Assembly (NCBI GenBank): GCA_050012475.1
Contig: JBEKHC010000092.1
Coordinates: 1 to 20,067, forward strand
Origin: Candidatus Velthaea sp.
GTDB taxonomy: Bacteria > Vulcanimicrobiota > Vulcanimicrobiia > Vulcanimicrobiales > Vulcanimicrobiaceae
Direction of reading: 5' to 3'
DNA: 20,067 nucleotides
In this document: in pieces, positions 9,167 to 17,838 of the stretch
How positions within the stretch are numbered: the stretch's first letter is position 1
Layout: every line of letters begins with the position of its first letter
Position numbers and translations under genes: made by a program
Notes under the pieces: generated by a model
What the model was told of the DNA's origin: nothing
Database searches by the model: none
What the model saw: the letters and a program-made list of their open reading frames with translations, nothing else

Positions 9167-10249
9167 TCAGGAGCCGATTCCGAGCTTGGAGCAACCGGCG
9201 GCGTAGCGCCCGGTGCACAGTTGAGCGGGTGTCTGAATCGGCATACCGTTTACGCGCTTGTCGATGATCTCCGCCTTGAGGTTGCCGGCAGTAACGATGG
9301 CCGGGGTGAAAAGCTTGGTTGGCGTGCCGAATAGCGTCGTGTCGGCCTTCACCGGCTCGCCCTTGAGCAGGCTGACCGCGACATCCGCTGCGGCCCCACC
9401 GACGATTTCGCTCGGTTTGGAAATCGTGTTGTATTGGTCGCCGGCGATGATAAGCTGCAAACCCGCGATCGTCGCGTCGTTGCCGGTGACCGGCGGGACG
9501 GGGTCGACGCCGGCCGCCTTCAGGGCTGCGATCGCGGCGCCGCCGGTGCCGTCGTTGGCGGCCACGACCCCGACAATCTTCTTGCCGAAGCGTGAAACTT
9601 GGCCGCCGACCCATTGCTGCGCTTTGGACGGATCCCAGTTCGGTGTATCGTATTCGGCCAGGGTCGCAAAGCCGCTGCCGGCGAGACCTTCATGGACGCC
9701 CTTCTTGATGAGGCCGGCCGCTGCGTCGGTCGGCGAACCGTTGACCTCGAGCAGGCCGCCGGCGCTCGGCGACACACCCGCCGCTTTCAGGTGCTGCACG
9801 AGCGATTGCGCGATCGCCTTCCCAATTTCTTCGTTGTTGAATGAAACGTAGTAGTCCAGCTTGACCGAGGGTATGGGGCGGTCGTAGGCGATGACTTTGA
9901 CGCCCTGACTTTGCGCCTGCTTCACGAGCGATGCCGCCGCCGTCGAGTCGACGGGGTCGATCACGATCGCCTTCGCGCCCTGAGAGATAACCGAGTTGAA
10001 CTGCTGCTGCTGCTTTGAGGCATCCGCGTCAGCGTTTTGATACAGGACCGTGCAGCCGGCACACAGCTTTTTCAACTCAGCGACAAAGCCCGGACGGTCG
10101 TGCTGTTCGTAGCGAGTCGAACCCTCATCCGGCATGAGAAAGGCGATTTTCGCATCCGACACATCGGCGGCGAGCGCGGTCGTTTCGCCGAGAATGATCG
10201 TAGCGAGGGCCGCTGTACCGATCGCCTTCCATACGGCTGCCTTAGTCAC
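9167..10249 (-). CDS. Sugar ABC transporter substrate-binding protein (XylF-like)
   Basis: Signal peptide ending ALA, plus STRYEQHDRPGF, IAYDR, AANDG and VTGND. GTG at 10249 is preceded by GGAGAG. Confidence 0.95.
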   Translation of the reverse strand: MTKAAVWKAIGTAALATIILGETTALAADVSDAKIAFLMPDEGSTRYEQHDRPGFVAELKKLCAGCTVLYQNADADASKQQQQFNSVISQGAKAIVIDPVDSTAAASLVKQAQSQGVKVIAYDRPIPSVKLDYYVSFNNEEIGKAIAQSLVQHLKAAGVSPSAGGLLEVNGSPTDAAAGLIKKGVHEGLAGSGFATLAEYDTPNWDPSKAQQWVGGQVSRFGKKIVGVVAANDGTGGAAIAALKAAGVDPVPPVTGNDATIAGLQLIIAGDQYNTISKPSEIVGGAAADVAVSLLKGEPVKADTTLFGTPTKLFTPAIVTAGNLKAEIIDKRVNGMPIQTPAQLCTGRYAAGCSKLGIGS

Positions 10250-10362
10250 GGGACTCTCCATTCTTGGCAGTCGTCGGTGACGACCGCGGCTTGGGTGTGC
10301 ATCGCTCGTCGGGCTTGGCCGAAAACCGCGCGAATCGAAGGGAAGTTAGCGGGATCAAGCGT

Positions 10363-10373
10363 TCGATGGTGCA
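10363..10373. promoter_or_regulatory. Secondary LacI-type operator half-site
   Basis: TCGATGGTGCA is the exact reverse complement of 10458-10468. Confidence 0.5.
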
Positions 10374-10458
10374 GCGGCGCAAATGGTTAGAACCGCGAAA
10401 TTCTATCGGCGAGGCGTCGCAACGCGAGTCCGTCTCGTACTCGCGATCGTGCAACTTT

Positions 10459-10474
10459 GCACCATCGATTGTGC
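10459..10474. promoter_or_regulatory. LacI-type operator palindrome GCACCATCGATTGTGC overlapping a probable promoter
   Basis: 14/16 palindromic with a central CG, between the divergent SBP and LacI genes. It overlaps TTGCAC (10457-10462), which is followed 17 nt later by TAATAT (10480-10485). Confidence 0.7.
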
Positions 10475-10696
10475 GAGCATAATATCTCAAACCCGCGGAC
10501 TCGTCAATGCCTCTTTGCCAACCCAGCCGAAGGGTCGATGCCCCGCGATTTCCGGCGCACGCTCGGTGCCGGTTCATTGGCGCGCGTTCGCGGGAAAATG
10601 GTCGGCGGTGCATAACGTCCCGGTTCTCACTACCGGAACGGAGTCAATTACTTCGCCGACGCGCCCCGCGGAAAAACAACGGCAGGTAAAGCGCTA

Positions 10697-11809
10697 ATGC
10701 CAAACGGCAAGAAGACGACCATTTACGATATCGCTAAGGAAGCGCGATCGTCGGCCTCGACGGTCGCGTCGGTGTTGAACGGAACCTGGCAAAAAAGACG
10801 CATCAAGAAGAGCACGGCCGAAGCGATCCAGAAAATTGCCGTCAAGAGAGCCTACAGCCCGAACCTTCAGGCGCGCGGCCTGCGAAAGTCGCGCTCGGGC
10901 CTGGTCGGCATGATCATTCCGCTTTTGGAATACCGTTTTTTTAGTTCGCTGGCTGAGGCATTCGAAAGGGCAGCGCGTGCCGAACAGCTTTATCCAGTCG
11001 TCGTAAGCACGCTTCGTGATCCCGCCAACGAGCAAGCCACGGTCCGCGCGCTCATTTCCCATAACGTCGAGGCGCTGTTTCTGGCAGGCGCCACTGATCC
11101 TGACACGCTGTCGGAAATATGTCGCAGGGCGCGCGTCAAGCACGTAAACGTCGACCTCCCCGGCTCGAAGGCACCCTCCGTAATCAGCGATAATTTTCAA
11201 GGCGCCGTACGCCTTACGGGCGCAATCGTTAACCGAATGCGATCGCTCGATCCAGCGTCGAGCCGGCAAAGCATCTCTTTCATCGGCGGTGCGCCGGACT
11301 ACAACACGCAGCAGCGCTTGGCAGGCTTTCGGAGCTGTCTGGATGAGGCTGGTTTTCAGGTCGACCCGTCCTGGCTTCAGGTCAGCGGCTACGAGTCATA
11401 TCTTGCAGAAGCTGCGCTCCGCGGGGTCTATGCGCAACTTGGCAAGCTGCCGGACGGGCTTTTCGTCAATTCAACGACCGCATTCGAAGGTGTTGCCCGC
11501 TTTCTTCAAACCTTGCCGCTCGACGAGGTTCGTGCTTGCGCCATCGGTTGCTTTGACTGGGACCTCTATATCGAATTTCTGAATTTTCCGGTGATCATGG
11601 TTCGCCAGAACGTGCACGGGATGATCGCAGAAGCGTATCGCATTTTGAAGGGGCCGAGAGTCCCTGGTGCACCGATTATCTTGGTTCCTACCGAAATGAT
11701 TGCCACCGGCAAGCAGTCTTCTGATGAAGACCACATTGGGCATGTCGCAGAACAGCGAGCCTCCAGCATCGGCGCGGCCAGAACCACGAAGCCGCGCCGG
11801 TCGGTTTGA
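10697..11809 (+). CDS. LacI family transcriptional regulator
   Basis: HTH TIYDIAKEARSSASTVASVLNG, hinge YSPNLQARGLR and a periplasmic-binding-type effector domain. Confidence 0.95.
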   Translation: MPNGKKTTIYDIAKEARSSASTVASVLNGTWQKRRIKKSTAEAIQKIAVKRAYSPNLQARGLRKSRSGLVGMIIPLLEYRFFSSLAEAFERAARAEQLYPVVVSTLRDPANEQATVRALISHNVEALFLAGATDPDTLSEICRRARVKHVNVDLPGSKAPSVISDNFQGAVRLTGAIVNRMRSLDPASSRQSISFIGGAPDYNTQQRLAGFRSCLDEAGFQVDPSWLQVSGYESYLAEAALRGVYAQLGKLPDGLFVNSTTAFEGVARFLQTLPLDEVRACAIGCFDWDLYIEFLNFPVIMVRQNVHGMIAEAYRILKGPRVPGAPIILVPTEMIATGKQSSDEDHIGHVAEQRASSIGAARTTKPRRSV

Positions 11810-11963
11810 ACCGGTCGAACCACCTTTGGCGGCTCACTTCCCGGACCGCGCAGCACGACAACGGTGAGTTCGTGTTCACCGAGATGCTCATGCCTGCGTT
11901 TACATGAGCTGGCGGAAACCATGGTTCCGCCTCACAGCCAACGCGATCGCGAATCCCGACGAG

Positions 11964-12006
11964 CAGCACATTCGACGACCGTCGGCCGTCGATTGTGCTG
12001 ATTTTT
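11964..12006 (+). terminator. Probable intrinsic terminator between convergent lacI and ethD-like genes
   Basis: CAGCACATTCGACG at 11964-11977 pairs 13/14 with CGTCGATTGTGCTG at 11987-12000 and is followed by ATTTTT. Confidence 0.65.
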
Positions 12007-12310
12007 ACTCGATGTCGCTGAAGAGGAACTTTACGCCTCCGGTGCCGAGTTGCAGCGCGTCGCGCGCGTACGCCTGGCCTTCCGGCGTCGCGACTGCGGC
12101 GCTGGCAGCCGTATAGTCGTCGAAGTACAGATCCTCGGTCCGGTATGCGGGCGTCGGCGAACCATCTTCCTTAGGAAATACCTTCCCGAGTTCCACACGT
12201 TTGACGTTCGGGATCTGCTTCGCAAGTGACTTGTGCCGTTCGGCATAGTGCTTTTCGAAAGTTGCAGGATCGGCTGGATTATCGAAGATCACGGTAATTT
12301 TAACGCTCAT
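12005..12310 (-). CDS. EthD family protein (dimeric alpha-beta barrel)
   Basis: 101 aa with P-x-DPATFEKHYAERH-x2-LA-x2-IP and L-YFDD patterns. AGGA SD upstream. Confidence 0.85.
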   Translation of the reverse strand: MSVKITVIFDNPADPATFEKHYAERHKSLAKQIPNVKRVELGKVFPKEDGSPTPAYRTEDLYFDDYTAASAAVATPEGQAYARDALQLGTGGVKFLFSDIE

Positions 12311-12514
12311 GGTGTGTCCTATCTGAAGATGAGTTTGGATTTCCGAAGCGCGCTAACCATACCGAGCTCGTGTGCTCGCGCAGGCAAGGTAAGACGGAGT
12401 ACCGCGCAATCGAGGGAGAAGGAGGGCACGGTTCTGGCACGGTTCTATGCGGGGTTCCGTCACAGAACGTTCACGGACATCTGGAGTCCTATCAATCGTG
12501 TTGGATGGAAGGGG

Positions 12515-13273
12515 TTACTGGGCCGACGCCTTCGCCGCCCGTTCGATCAAACGCGCCACTTCATTTGGCCTGGAAACGTAGACCGCGTGGCTGGCCGAAA
12601 CCTCGATTGTTTTGCTGCCGGCCCGCTTGGCCATGCTGCGCTCGAGATCGGGATTGATGTTGTGGTCGCGAGTCGCGATCAGCGCCCAGCTCTTCTTCTG
12701 GTGCCAGGCCGCCACCGTCACTGGCGCGCCCCCGGCGGCCTTGGCCAACATCGGCTGGGAACGGGCCATGAAGTTCGCCTGGGCGGGCAGGACGTCGGCA
12801 GCGAAATCGGCGGGGAAGGCGGCCGGCTCAAGGTACAAAAAATCGTCCTTCGTGGCGCGCATGTCCTTGTTGGCGGCGGGGGCACGCGAGAGCAGCCCGA
12901 CTGCGCTTTCGCCTCGGTCGGGGATGAAGGCGGCGATGTAGACGAGGCCGACAACATTGGGTGCATTGCCCGCTTCGGTGATGACCACCCCGCCGTAGCT
13001 GTGACCGACCAGAAGGGTGGGGCCCTGCTGCAGATCCAGTACCCTTTTGGTCGCCGCGACGTCGGCGGCGAGTGATGTCAGCGGCTCCTGCACCACGCTG
13101 ACCGTAAAGCCATCTTTAGCGAGAATGTCGGCGACATTCCGCCATCCCGAACCGTCGGCAAACGCCCCGTGGACGAGGACGACGTTCTTGACCGGTTCGG
13201 CCCGCGCCGGGGCGACGGCTGCTGACAGAAGTGCGACCGTCGTGGCCGCAGCGGCAACGAGTTTATGTAGCAT
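12515..13273 (-). CDS. Secreted alpha/beta hydrolase
   Basis: Signal peptide ending ARA, oxyanion HGAFADGSGW, nucleophile GHSYGG, acid D (RDHNI) and His (ASHAVY). ATG 13273 has an AGAGAG SD; 13288 is an alternative start. Confidence 0.92.
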   Translation of the reverse strand: MLHKLVAAAATTVALLSAAVAPARAEPVKNVVLVHGAFADGSGWRNVADILAKDGFTVSVVQEPLTSLAADVAATKRVLDLQQGPTLLVGHSYGGVVITEAGNAPNVVGLVYIAAFIPDRGESAVGLLSRAPAANKDMRATKDDFLYLEPAAFPADFAADVLPAQANFMARSQPMLAKAAGGAPVTVAAWHQKKSWALIATRDHNINPDLERSMAKRAGSKTIEVSASHAVYVSRPNEVARLIERAAKASAQ

Positions 13274-13318
13274 CGAACTCTCTTTCATCCATCATCAAAA
13301 CGGTCATCATCAAAAAAG

Positions 13319-13336
13319 TTCAACCGATAGGTTGAA
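13319..13336. promoter_or_regulatory. Operator palindrome TTCAACC-N4-GGTTGAA (probable ArsR site 1)
   Basis: Perfect 7-bp arms in the divergent intergenic region. Confidence 0.8.
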
Positions 13337-13348
13337 TAAAGCATCGAC

Positions 13349-13377
13349 TTGCAGAATTGTCAACCTTTGGGTAGAAT
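13349..13377 (+). promoter_or_regulatory. Sigma70-like promoter for arsR overlapping operator site 2 (GTCAACC-N4-GGTAGAA, 13359-13376)
   Basis: TTGCAG at 13349-13354, a 17-nt spacer and TAGAAT at 13372-13377. The degenerate second palindrome lies 40 bp from the first. Confidence 0.7.
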
Positions 13378-13400
13378 ATTTTTAGAATTTGGAATCGCGA

Positions 13401-13826
13401 ATGGAGAATCGAGCGGGCAAGCAGATCGCCATCACTGAGATCGAAGCCCGGAAGGAAGCCGCTTCGCGCACCGCGCGGCTCGACGCGGTGTTCGCCGCGT
13501 TAGCCGATCCGACGCGACGGGCGATTATCGAACGGCTCTCACGCAGCGAGGCGCGCGTTACCGAGGTCGCCGAACCTTTCCCCATGTCTTTGAACGCGGT
13601 GTCGAAACACATCCGCGTGCTGGAAGCAAGCGGCGTGGTCGAGCGGCACAAGAAGGGGCGCGACCACATTCTCTCCATCAATACCCGTTCGCTGGACGAG
13701 GTCGATGGCTGGATAGAACGGACGCGCCGCTATTGGGAGGAGCAGCTAGACGCCATGGAGAGCCTGCTGCGCGAACTCAAGAAGGGCCGCAAGCTGGGGC
13801 CGAAGGATCGCAAGCATGGGCGGTGA
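13401..13826 (+). CDS. ArsR/SmtB family transcriptional regulator (SRPBCC-associated type)
   Basis: LDAVFAALADPTRRAII, AVSKHIRVLEASGVV and W-x6-W-x3-LD. No metal-binding cysteines. Confidence 0.93.
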   Translation: MENRAGKQIAITEIEARKEAASRTARLDAVFAALADPTRRAIIERLSRSEARVTEVAEPFPMSLNAVSKHIRVLEASGVVERHKKGRDHILSINTRSLDEVDGWIERTRRYWEEQLDAMESLLRELKKGRKLGPKDRKHGR

Positions 13827-14262
13827 CACGACGGGCGCGATCGTGCAGGTCCGGCGGCGCGTGAGGGCCCGGGCGGAGCAGATCTTCGACTTGTGGACCA
13901 AACCCGATTTGATGGCTCGGTGGATGAGCCCCTATCCGGGCGCGGTCGATTGCAAGGCGAGCTGTGATCTTCGTCTTGGCGGAGCGTTCAGCCTTGTCAT
14001 GTCATCGGCGGAGTCAAACCGCGAAGTATCCGGCACCTATGTGCAAATCGACCGGCCGCGCAAGCTTGTGTTCACGTGGATTGGCCCGCTGACGAACAAT
14101 GTGAATACGCTGGTAACCGTCGAACTCAATCCGCGCGGCGATGAAACCGACCTCGTGCTAACCCACGAGCGTCTACCGACGCCGCCGATTCGAGAAGGCC
14201 ATACACTGGGCTGGGGAAATATTTTGGATCACCTGGCGGACGCGGTTTCGACAAACTTTTAG
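13816..14262 (+). CDS. SRPBCC/AHSA1-like (Bet v1 fold) ligand-binding protein
   Basis: WTKPDLMARW, DLRLGG, PRKLVFTW, TDLVLTHERL and GW-x3-LD-x-L. Overlaps the arsR end. Confidence 0.92.
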   Translation: MGGDTTGAIVQVRRRVRARAEQIFDLWTKPDLMARWMSPYPGAVDCKASCDLRLGGAFSLVMSSAESNREVSGTYVQIDRPRKLVFTWIGPLTNNVNTLVTVELNPRGDETDLVLTHERLPTPPIREGHTLGWGNILDHLADAVSTNF

Positions 14263-14419
14263 CTCGAAATTTAACCCATCCGAGGAACGCTTGAACTTAG
14301 CCGTCCCGCGCTCGCGACCCGGGTACCAACGGTGAAGCGTAGGAAGCGCCGAGTGGTGTAAAGTTGGTAACCGGCCGAACCGGTGCGACTCGTGCTCCGC
14401 GCGGCGCCGCCCACGATGT

Positions 14420-14561
14420 TCAGAATTCGATGAACGCCAAGAGATTGGCGTTGATGATCTCGGCGTATGTTGTCGGCATACCGTGAGGAAGGCCAGGATA
14501 CGCCTTGAGCGGTCCCATGCGCGAGGGGTTTTACCGCCAACGCACCGGTCGCTGCAAGCGG
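14420..14561 (-). pseudogene. C-terminal remnant of a non-heme haloperoxidase/perhydrolase (Cpo-like alpha/beta hydrolase), frameshifted
   Basis: Minus strand reads PLAATGALAVKPLAHGT, then a frameshift, then LKAYPGLPHGMPTTYAEIINANLLAFIEF-stop. This matches the family ending LKxYPGxPHG...INxDLLAF. Confidence 0.8.
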
Positions 14562-14652
14562 TTCCTCTGCGACGCCGACTCCAACTCTTAGCGTCACAGC
14601 GTCCAACCTCGCGTCGATGACGTTGAGGCGATCTTCAGCGTTTGTCGTTGCG

Positions 14653-14678
14653 TCGGGAGCTCGTAAACGAGCTCCCGA
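14653..14678. repeat. Perfect inverted repeat TCGGGAGCTCG-TAAA-CGAGCTCCCGA
   Basis: 11-bp stem with a 4-nt loop in intergenic DNA. Confidence 0.85.
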
Positions 14679-14814
14679 TCGCGAGTCAAAGCGTCCACCC
14701 CGCGGCCGCGGCGGCGCGCTTGCAGAAAGTTCGGCTCTAGCCGACAGGGCGTCAAGAAGCGGTAATACCGCGAGTTTCCTGCCGCGAACGGGTGGGGGTT
14801 GACGCTGGCGGTAT

Positions 14815-14841
14815 GATATACATGCGTAGGAAGTGTGTATC
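14815..14841. promoter_or_regulatory. Probable TA autoregulatory operator (GATATACA-N11-TGTGTATC)
   Basis: 7/8 inverted repeat just upstream of the antitoxin SD, with TATGAT at 14812-14817. Confidence 0.5.
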
Positions 14842-14855
14842 TTCATAGGGGAATC

Positions 14856-15086
14856 ATGCAGGTAGCCAAATGGGGGAACAGTCTTGCTGTTCGATTGCCG
14901 CAAGCGATAGTCGATGCGCTGAAGTTACAGGAAGGTGACGAGGTGCAAATCGAGGTCGTCGGCTCTCGAGCGTTCGAGGTAGAGCGTAAGCCTGCGCCGC
15001 GGGAACTGCTTGCGCGCCTCCGTAAGTATCGTGGTCGCCTTCCGGCAACGTTTGTATTCGATCGGCTGGAAGCGAATGAACGCTAG
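14856..15086 (+). CDS. vapB: AbrB/MazE/SpoVT family antitoxin (VapB-type)
   Basis: MQVAKWGNSLAVRLP...L-x-EGDEV. AGGGGA SD. Overlaps the PIN gene. Confidence 0.92.
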   Translation: MQVAKWGNSLAVRLPQAIVDALKLQEGDEVQIEVVGSRAFEVERKPAPRELLARLRKYRGRLPATFVFDRLEANER

Positions 15087-15477
15087 TCGCTTTTTCGATA
15101 CCAATGTCTTGCTCTATCTGCTATCTGGCGATCAGGCAAAGGCTAATGCCGCGGAGACGCTTGTCGCGTCGGGTGGAATCGTAAGCGTACAAGTGCTAAA
15201 TGAGTTCGCATCAGTAGCGACGCGGAAACTGCATATGCTCATACCCGAGGTTCGCGAGATACTCGCGACGGTTCGTCGCCTTTGCACTGTTCATTCGCTC
15301 TCGGTCGAGTCGCATGACGAGGGACTCGAAGTGGCCGACCGCTATCAACTATCCGTCTACGATGCGATGATCGTGGCATCCGCGCACCAGGCTGGCTGTA
15401 AGTCTCTCTATACTGAGGATCTGCAAGATGGGATGGCAATCCTCGGCCTCACGATTCGCAACCCGTTCAACGCATAG
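15076..15477 (+). CDS. vapC: PIN domain ribonuclease toxin (VapC-type)
   Basis: FFDTNVLLY, SVQVLNEF, YDAMIVASA, LYTEDLQDG and NPF, with the acidic PIN residues present. ATG at 15076. Confidence 0.93.
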   Translation: MNASRFFDTNVLLYLLSGDQAKANAAETLVASGGIVSVQVLNEFASVATRKLHMLIPEVREILATVRRLCTVHSLSVESHDEGLEVADRYQLSVYDAMIVASAHQAGCKSLYTEDLQDGMAILGLTIRNPFNA

Positions 15478-15682
15478 GCGCACGCGAGTTCCGGCCGCCA
15501 AGCCGCATTGAAAACAACCTTGAAAGAAACGAATGTCGAACTCGCTGCATAGCTGCGCTGATCACGATGTGAGTCGGGGTATTGCCCCGGCCGTCAGCGT
15601 TTCGAGCGCGCGTCAGCATTTGGAGCAGCCGCGAAAAGACGCTCGTGAACATCGTTCAAGCGACGGCTTTTGCGAGTAAACG

Positions 15683-16450
15683 ATGGACCACGAACCGGTT
15701 CGACCGCACCGTGGCGCTCTTATCGTCACCGGTGCTGGTCACGGAATCGGCGCTGCGACGGCGTTGCTCGCCGCGGCTTTGGGATACGTTGTAGCAGTCA
15801 ATTACGCGCACGACCGGGATGGCGCCGAGGGTGTCGCCCAGGCGATCGCCGCAGGCGGTGGGAAGGCTATCGTTATTGGTGGAGACGTCGCGAATGAAGC
15901 CGACGTCGCGCAGATGTTCGCCTGCGCGGAACGCGAACTAGGATCCATCACCGGGCTCGTGAACAACGCTGGAATTACCGGCGGCTCGTCGCGGGTCGCC
16001 GACGTTTCGCGCGATGTCCTTGAACGTACGCTCGCCGTCAACGTGATTGGCACCTTCCTCTGCGCGAGGGAAGCCGTACGCCGCATGGCCCACTCGCGCG
16101 GCGGCGCCGGCGGGGCTATCGTGAACGTGTCGTCGCGCGCTTCGATCATCGGTGGCGCCGGCGAGTGGGTGCATTACGCGGCAAGCAAGGGTGCCATCGA
16201 CACATTCACCCGAGGTTTGGCACTTGAAGTTGCGAGCGAGGGGATTCGTGTGAACGCTGTTTCGCCGGGCCTCATCGATACAGCAATTCACATGAGCGGC
16301 CGTCCCGGGCGGCTCGCGGCTTTGGTGCCATCGGTTCCGCTCGGCCGTGCGGGCACCGTCGAAGAGGTCGCCGAGGCGATTCTTTGGCTACTCTCGCCCG
16401 GCGCTTCGTACGTGACCGGAACGATCGTCGACGTCGCCGGCGGGCGCTAA
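15683..16450 (+). CDS. SDR family oxidoreductase
   Basis: TGAGHGIG, NNAG, YAASK, IRVNAVSPG and a DVAGGR C-terminus. Confidence 0.93.
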   Translation: MDHEPVRPHRGALIVTGAGHGIGAATALLAAALGYVVAVNYAHDRDGAEGVAQAIAAGGGKAIVIGGDVANEADVAQMFACAERELGSITGLVNNAGITGGSSRVADVSRDVLERTLAVNVIGTFLCAREAVRRMAHSRGGAGGAIVNVSSRASIIGGAGEWVHYAASKGAIDTFTRGLALEVASEGIRVNAVSPGLIDTAIHMSGRPGRLAALVPSVPLGRAGTVEEVAEAILWLLSPGASYVTGTIVDVAGGR

Positions 16451-16763
16451 GCGTTGCGTTCCGCCTCTTTCGCGCGCGTAGGCAAGTCGGTCGCACGCCC
16501 TTGTTGGCCTCACCGGATTCGTCGGCATGGGCGTGATGATATCGTTCAACTTCGTATCGCTTTGTGTTTGCTTTTCCGTCGCAGGGCGCTTCACGCATGT
16601 GGGCCGCCGCAACAATCGGTTGCGGTAACGATGCTAACGAGCACTTGACAAGGCGGTTTTGACGATACATTCGGCGGCTCTCTCATCCCGAAAGGCTCCA
16701 CGCGCCGCTGCGGAATAAGGCTGGCGCTAACGTCTCGATCAGCTTTACTTAAGGGAGTTACGG

Positions 16764-17639
16764 ATGACGCGATCCCGGCATCAAGCAGATGCGGATCCCG
16801 ACGATAGGACCACTCGGCCGTGCAGATCATCCGTGAAGTTCTTCGTGTTAACGTTCGCTCTCGCAATCCCATTCGTCGTCTATGGCGCGTGGACGCGGCT
16901 TCTGCTGTTGCCGGGCCTTCCCGTCGCCGCGTTGATGTTCGTTTGCCCCGGGATGGCAGCGCTCATTTTAACGTACCGCGATCGTGGGACTGCAGGTGCG
17001 AAAGAGCTGCTAAGCAGAGCGCTCGACTACAAGCGGATAAGTCCGAAAGTCTGGTACGCACCAATCTTCCTTATTGCACCCTCCGTGGCAGCGTTGTCCT
17101 ATGGCGTAATTCGATTAACTGGAGCACGAGTTCCGGCCCCCCAAATCGCCCTTCTGCCCACGATTCTCTTGGGCGTCACCTTCCTCGTCGGCGCTTTGGG
17201 TGAGGAATTGGGTTGGTCCGGATACGCCACCGACCCATTGCAGAATCGATGGGGCGCAGTCAAAGCCGGTCTCCTGTTGGGGTCGATCTGGGCGGCCTTC
17301 CACTACGCGGCTTTGTTGGAAGCTAACCGATCTATTTCGTGGATCGCCTGGTGGTCAGTCGGCACCGTCGCGACGAGAGTCATCATGGTCTGGCTTTACA
17401 ACAACGCGGGTAAAAGTGTCGTCGGCGCAGCCCTCTTTCACATGACAGGCAATCTTGCTTGGCAGCTGTTCCCGATACGCGGTTCATATTTCGATCCACG
17501 GATCAACGGCTTGATCACGGCCATCGTTGCTGCCGTTGTCATAGTGCGGATGCGCCCGCGCGCCGCCACCGCGAGTACGCTTGTGCCCTTACGTTCCGAT
17601 CGAGTCTTTGATCCGCGACAGCCGTCGGATGGAGATTAG
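16764..17639 (+). CDS. CPBP family (CAAX/Abi) intramembrane glutamic endopeptidase
   Basis: Multi-TM protein with GEELGWSGY, WAAFH and FHMTGN. The Arg usually found after EExxW is Ser here. AAGGGAG SD. Confidence 0.9.
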   Translation: MTRSRHQADADPDDRTTRPCRSSVKFFVLTFALAIPFVVYGAWTRLLLLPGLPVAALMFVCPGMAALILTYRDRGTAGAKELLSRALDYKRISPKVWYAPIFLIAPSVAALSYGVIRLTGARVPAPQIALLPTILLGVTFLVGALGEELGWSGYATDPLQNRWGAVKAGLLLGSIWAAFHYAALLEANRSISWIAWWSVGTVATRVIMVWLYNNAGKSVVGAALFHMTGNLAWQLFPIRGSYFDPRINGLITAIVAAVVIVRMRPRAATASTLVPLRSDRVFDPRQPSDGD

Positions 17640-17838
17640 ATTGAAGTCGATCGGAGCATCGAACACGTTTGATGGAAACGAATGAAGTCATCATCGACGT
17701 CGTATCCGGACTGCCGGCATGAAGGTGAACGCTTTCACAGATATTTCGCGTGACAATACGAGTACGTCCGCTGCCCGGTCGGTTGCGCCGTAGGTCAGGG
17801 TTGGTGGACTCCTCCACAACGGCAGGCCGTGCTGGGCC

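Noticed and set aside
11987..11998. TCGATTGTGC as a third LacI operator half-site
   Set aside because: Better explained as one arm of the terminator hairpin between convergent genes.
12233..13075. 280-aa plus-strand ORF
   Set aside because: Antisense to the well-supported hydrolase and EthD genes.
14271..14903. 210-aa minus-strand ORF
   Set aside because: Overlaps the antitoxin start and passes through the frameshifted haloperoxidase remnant; otherwise not protein-like.
15467..15652. Ankyrin-like NADGRGNTPTH in a 61-aa ORF
   Set aside because: Single imperfect motif with no second repeat or SD.
16600..16640. Possible fourth comEC tail (minus strand ATDCCGG)
   Set aside because: Needs frameshifts, lacks the downstream TxLxC, and coincides with a CCGCAAC/GTTGCGG hairpin; too weak without a profile search.
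16645..16760. Riboswitch or promoter upstream of the CPBP gene
   Set aside because: TTGACA to TACATT spacing is only 15 nt, and I recognise no riboswitch consensus.
17725..17738. cre/LacI-like palindrome GTGAACGCTTTCAC
   Set aside because: Lies between convergent gene ends with no promoter to control.
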